NCBI GenBank assembly: GCA_963769935.1
Contig: CAVYNY010000022.1
Coordinates: forward strand, 352,001-416,000
Direction of reading: 5' to 3'
From: an uncultured delta proteobacterium
Lineage (GTDB): Bacteria; Desulfobacterota; Desulfobacteria; Desulfobacterales; JAFDCJ01
DNA: 64,000 bases
Positions 60,586-64,000 of the stretch are shown here, piece by piece; position 1 is the stretch's first letter, and each line of letters begins with the position of its first letter. Made by a program: the position numbers and the translations under genes. The notes under the pieces are model-generated. The model was not told where the DNA came from. It saw only the letters and a program-made list of their open reading frames with translations, and made no database searches.

Positions 60586-62916
60586 TCAGGGCTGCCCTGT
60601 GAATTCAAAACTTAATTTGGTCTGCAGGTTTTCAATGCGGATAAATATTTCTTTGAGCAGTTTTTGCTCGATACCCGAGAGCTCTTTGGGATTAATATAA
60701 TTATCCGGTGCGGCATCTTCATCGAGGACCGCGGTCACCTGCCGGAGGAGGCGCATTTGCATCAGGACACTGTAGGCCTGCTCGATTTCGCGATAATCCT
60801 CGGCGGGAATGATGTCTTTTAAAGACAACTGATAAAGCCGCTCCAGCGTATTGGTCTCTTCCAGATTGTTTTTCAGAGCATATATCCGCGCATAATCGAC
60901 AATCGGCATCATGGCCCTTTTGATATCGAACTTGTTGCGGTGCTCCCCTTTGGATTCCACTACAAAGTTGCGGAAAAAGCCGATGGGCGCTTTAAAATGC
61001 AGCGCATTTTCAGTCAGATTGCGAAAGAACCCGGACCAGCCCACAAGGGATTTAAACAGATCATCGCGCAGCTCGCGGATAAGCCCCATATCACCATAGG
61101 CCCCCCTGAAATCAAAAAATATGCTGGAATAAAGCAGGTCTTCCGGGTTGGCGCTGTGAATCCAGTTTGAAAAATATTCTTTCCAGACCGTCAGCGGCTG
61201 GCACAATTTGGGATTTTTAGCCATGATGTTGCCTTCGCAGAAGGCATAACCGGCCTGATCCAGCCAGGTACAGACTTTATCGGCGAACCTTAAAAAATAG
61301 GCTTTAACGGATGCTTCCGAATCCGGCGGAACATCTTCAAAAACTATGGCATTATCCTGATCGGTCTTTAAGGTTTGCTCTTTGCGCCCTTCACTTCCCA
61401 AAATCATGAAAACAAATTTGGCCGGCGGGGGACCCAATTCCTCGAGGGTGAACTCGATGAGCTTTCTTAAAATCGCTTCGGAGATCGTCGTAATGAAGCG
61501 GTTTATGTTTTTTGCCGGCGCTCCCGCGTTAATGAGATTTTGAATTAAGCGCGGCAAGCGCTTATGCTGGTGCACGATGCCTTCGGGTCCGGTTGCGGAC
61601 GAAATTTCACGGATCAGAAACACAGGTGATTGCCCCTGGGCCATCAATAAATCCTGGTTGGTCAGAACGCCCACTACCTTGTTGTTTGAATCCGTGACGC
61701 CGATGTGCTTGATATTTTGTTGCATCATGGCCATCAGAGCTTCAAAAATCAAAGCATTTTCCGGAATGGTTTTCAGGGGTGAAGACATGATTTCCGCCAC
61801 CGGACGGCTGGCATCGTATCCTTTGGCGATAACCTTGGTGCGCAAATCATTGTCGGTGGCAACACCGATAATGTCTCCCCCGGCCTCCCGGATAAAAATG
61901 GAGCTGTGACACCGGCGGCTCATCAGTTCCGCTGCGTTCTGAATGGAGACATCCTTGTCACAGGCCGTGAGATTCTTGCTGCAGATACTCGCAACCGGTT
62001 GATTGAATAACTGCAGATTCTCGACGCGTTGCGGAAGACTTTTGGCGATGATGGCGGCATAATACCGGTCCATCATGCGCTTACCGAAAGTATCCGTAAA
62101 GAAGTCGGCAAAGGCCTCATGCTGTTTGCAGGTTTCGAAAAAAACATCCTGAGGCACCTTGTAGAAATAGGTATCTTCCGTCGTCCGCAGGGTGCGAACG
62201 GCAATCAGGTCGTTGAGCAGCATTGAAATGCCGCCGAAAGTTTCCCCTTCCCCGAGCACGCCCCGGAGATTTTTTTGATTGTCGTCTTCAAAATAGCGTT
62301 CGGCCGCACCTTTCTGAAGGATATACAGGCCGTCTACTCTGGACTCACCCTGCACAAAGACAACCGTATCTTTGCGGTGATGAATCGTCGAAATTTGAGA
62401 GGCGAAATTGGGCAGCTCTTCCGGGGGCAAAAACGAAAAGGGCGCAATCCCCGACAAGAAGTGAAGGATCTGGGAGGCGGCAATTACCGCCGCATAGGAT
62501 TCATCCGCCATATGCGCTCCAAAGGCATCCGCGAAATAGTCGTAAAACCATCGATGCCGCCGGCAAACTTTGAGAAAATGCTTTTTAGTCAACTCATAAA
62601 AGGAGGCATCTTCTTCTACGCTCACACTCCGGATGGAAAGTCCCGAATTCATTAAAATAGACATGCCGCCGAAAATATCGCCGGTCTTCAGCAAACCACG
62701 GAGCATTTTCCGGCCCTGGCTTTCAAAATAAAGCTCCAGTGTACCGGAGGTGATAATCAATATTTTTTCCAGTGTCGTTTGCCCCTGCACAGCCAAAACG
62801 GTTCCCTTGTGATATCGGATCACCGACATCTGCGAGACGGCTTGTTGCAGTTCATCTTGCGGCAGGCGAGAAAAAGGCTCAATCTTTGATATGAATTCCA
62901 ACGCCTGATTGTCCAT
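60586..62916 (-). CDS. Two cNMP-binding domains + CBS pair + DUF294 nucleotidyltransferase
   Basis: Two cNMP-like repeats, CBS pair, 'GSEGRKEQTLKTDQDNA', 'IFFDFR', 'DIK'. Confidence 0.9.
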   Translation of the reverse strand: MDNQALEFISKIEPFSRLPQDELQQAVSQMSVIRYHKGTVLAVQGQTTLEKILIITSGTLELYFESQGRKMLRGLLKTGDIFGGMSILMNSGLSIRSVSVEEDASFYELTKKHFLKVCRRHRWFYDYFADAFGAHMADESYAAVIAASQILHFLSGIAPFSFLPPEELPNFASQISTIHHRKDTVVFVQGESRVDGLYILQKGAAERYFEDDNQKNLRGVLGEGETFGGISMLLNDLIAVRTLRTTEDTYFYKVPQDVFFETCKQHEAFADFFTDTFGKRMMDRYYAAIIAKSLPQRVENLQLFNQPVASICSKNLTACDKDVSIQNAAELMSRRCHSSIFIREAGGDIIGVATDNDLRTKVIAKGYDASRPVAEIMSSPLKTIPENALIFEALMAMMQQNIKHIGVTDSNNKVVGVLTNQDLLMAQGQSPVFLIREISSATGPEGIVHQHKRLPRLIQNLINAGAPAKNINRFITTISEAILRKLIEFTLEELGPPPAKFVFMILGSEGRKEQTLKTDQDNAIVFEDVPPDSEASVKAYFLRFADKVCTWLDQAGYAFCEGNIMAKNPKLCQPLTVWKEYFSNWIHSANPEDLLYSSIFFDFRGAYGDMGLIRELRDDLFKSLVGWSGFFRNLTENALHFKAPIGFFRNFVVESKGEHRNKFDIKRAMMPIVDYARIYALKNNLEETNTLERLYQLSLKDIIPAEDYREIEQAYSVLMQMRLLRQVTAVLDEDAAPDNYINPKELSGIEQKLLKEIFIRIENLQTKLSFEFTGQP

Positions 62917-62994
62917 GGCACTCCTTGCCGGAATGGCAATAGGGGCGATTCATTGGTTTGCTCCAGGCCTCCTGGTGGTGAATAGCATAATTGT

Positions 62995-63120
62995 GTCCCC
63001 ACACCAGCAGGAACTGGAAAAAGCCGGCGCTGAATTGAAAATCGCCAACGAACGGCTGAAGGAATTGGATCGTTTAAAAGAGGGAATTATCTCAACCGTC
63101 ACCCATGAATTGCGACCGTC
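62995..63120 (+). pseudogene. Histidine kinase fragment (coiled coil plus H-box)
   Basis: 'ELEKAGAELKIANERLKELDRLKEGIISTVTHELR' with no ATPase domain. Confidence 0.65.
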
Positions 63121-63234
63121 GGCCGCAGCGTGCGTTTTATCGCCGGCTGACTGCATTGAAGGCACCTTGCGCGTGTCGCAGGCTTCGGCGGAGTATCAGG
63201 CTTTGCGGGATTTCGCGCAGCCGATGGCTTCTAA

Positions 63235-63389
63235 GGGCTCACTCAAAATAACTTCACATTTTATCCGCCGCTGCATCCCGTCTGGCTGCGTTGCGAAAGC
63301 TCGGAATATCCGGATATTCCTGTGTTTTCGCGCCTTGCCAAACGGGCGCCTCAACGCCTAAAATTGTGAACTTATTTTTTCGTGTACTC
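63235..63389. mobile_element. MITE-like element with imperfect terminal inverted repeats and TAA duplication
   Basis: Left aaaataacttcacatttta vs right (rc) aaaataagttcacaattta; CTAAG at both ends. Confidence 0.65.
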
Positions 63390-63426
63390 TAAGACAGTTT
63401 GCTTTTCCTTGAGGGTCGCAGGGTCA

Positions 63427-63624
63427 TCAAATGATTCGGTTAGGCTCGCGGGTCACGCCGGCTTCAAGAACCATAAATCCAAAGGATGCCGACACAATCA
63501 CGTTGGGTTTCGCATCTTCGATCCGGACCGTCCGCTCACACGAGGCAAAACTACTGAAGACCATGGAGTGCCCGTCGCCGATTCGCGCACACGCCAGCAG
63601 GGCAATCACGGCCGCGGGAATCAT
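63427..63624 (-). pseudogene. Acetyl/propionyl-CoA synthetase internal fragment
   Basis: 'MIPAAVIALLACARIG..HSMVF..FA...RIEDAKP.VIVSAS', a degenerate Acs/PrpE segment. Confidence 0.7.
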
Positions 63625-63693
63625 CGAAAGACAGAGACGGCAAAGCCGGAGGATTTGGTGCTCCTCCGGCCCTTAGCGGATCGCTGTATTGCT

Positions 63694-63780
63694 TTACCCC
63701 CACCAACCCCATCCAAAGGAGGCCGTAAACAAAATACTAAAAATAACAAGTCCTATCATCCACCAATCTTCTTTTTTCAT
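63694..63780 (-). CDS. 28-aa single-TM small protein
   Basis: MKKEDWWMIGLVIFSILFTASFGWGWWG with an AAGGAG RBS, directly after the symporter. Confidence 0.6.
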   Translation of the reverse strand: MKKEDWWMIGLVIFSILFTASFGWGWWG

Positions 63781-63810
63781 GGTCTGATCTCCTTATTTCT
63801 GTCGGCAGGA

Positions 63811-63999
63811 TTAAGCTTCTTTGACAACGATCATCGTCTCTTTTTCGGCCCGTTCGATCTGCACCTCGTTGGTGGTCGCCATTTCGGCTTTAAAGCACAG
63901 GGCCCACATCATGATGATGCCCAAAATCCACCAGACGATCTGCCAGGACCACAACGGCGGAAATCCGGCAAACGAAAACGCCTTGTTGCCGATGATGCA
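63811..63999 (-). CDS. C-terminus of a probable sodium:solute symporter (extends beyond window)
   Basis: Manual translation ...GFPPLWSWQIVWWILGIIMMWALCFKAEMATT...KEA*; DUF294/Acs neighbourhood. Confidence 0.6.
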   Translation of the reverse strand, partial: CIIGNKAFSFAGFPPLWSWQIVWWILGIIMMWALCFKAEMATTNEVQIERAEKETMIVVKEA

Positions 64000-64000
64000 G

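Overview
Bacterial chromosome segment. Gene content and style suggest a Desulfobacterota (Desulfobacterales-like) organism; this is an inference. Positions 1-39.2 kb are mostly core genes: the end of a Wzc/O-antigen ligase locus, NUDIX, rlpA, an aminotransferase plus ALDH7, a LOG-domain fusion, two diguanylate cyclases, a minus-strand redox/repair run, ndk, trmJ, leuB, lepA, a rhomboid, valS and rsmE. The redox/repair run holds peroxiredoxin, a B12 radical SAM, mutY, ALDH, rhodanese-ferritin, YyaL, a SagB-like protein and a macrodomain. The ORF track misses a HesB/IscA-like selenoprotein with an in-frame UGA (24706-25017) and a candidate 48-aa CxxU mini-selenoprotein (10357-10503). A very acidic, frameshifted PopZ/RomR-like protein lies upstream of valS. 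tRNA-Phe (39368-39443) starts a ~16.7 kb island with no integrase, closed by a 48-bp att repeat at 56079-56126. The island carries MNT-HEPN, a RAYT-type HUH transposase, IS91-family pieces around an acid-sugar catabolic operon, and a DJ-1/ABC/IclR module. After it come two VapBC pairs, gene remnants, a DUF294 nucleotidyltransferase and the end of a sodium:solute symporter. Several tiny hairpin elements recur, including a 34-nt unit that appears to insert into itself. No CRISPR array or rRNA was seen.
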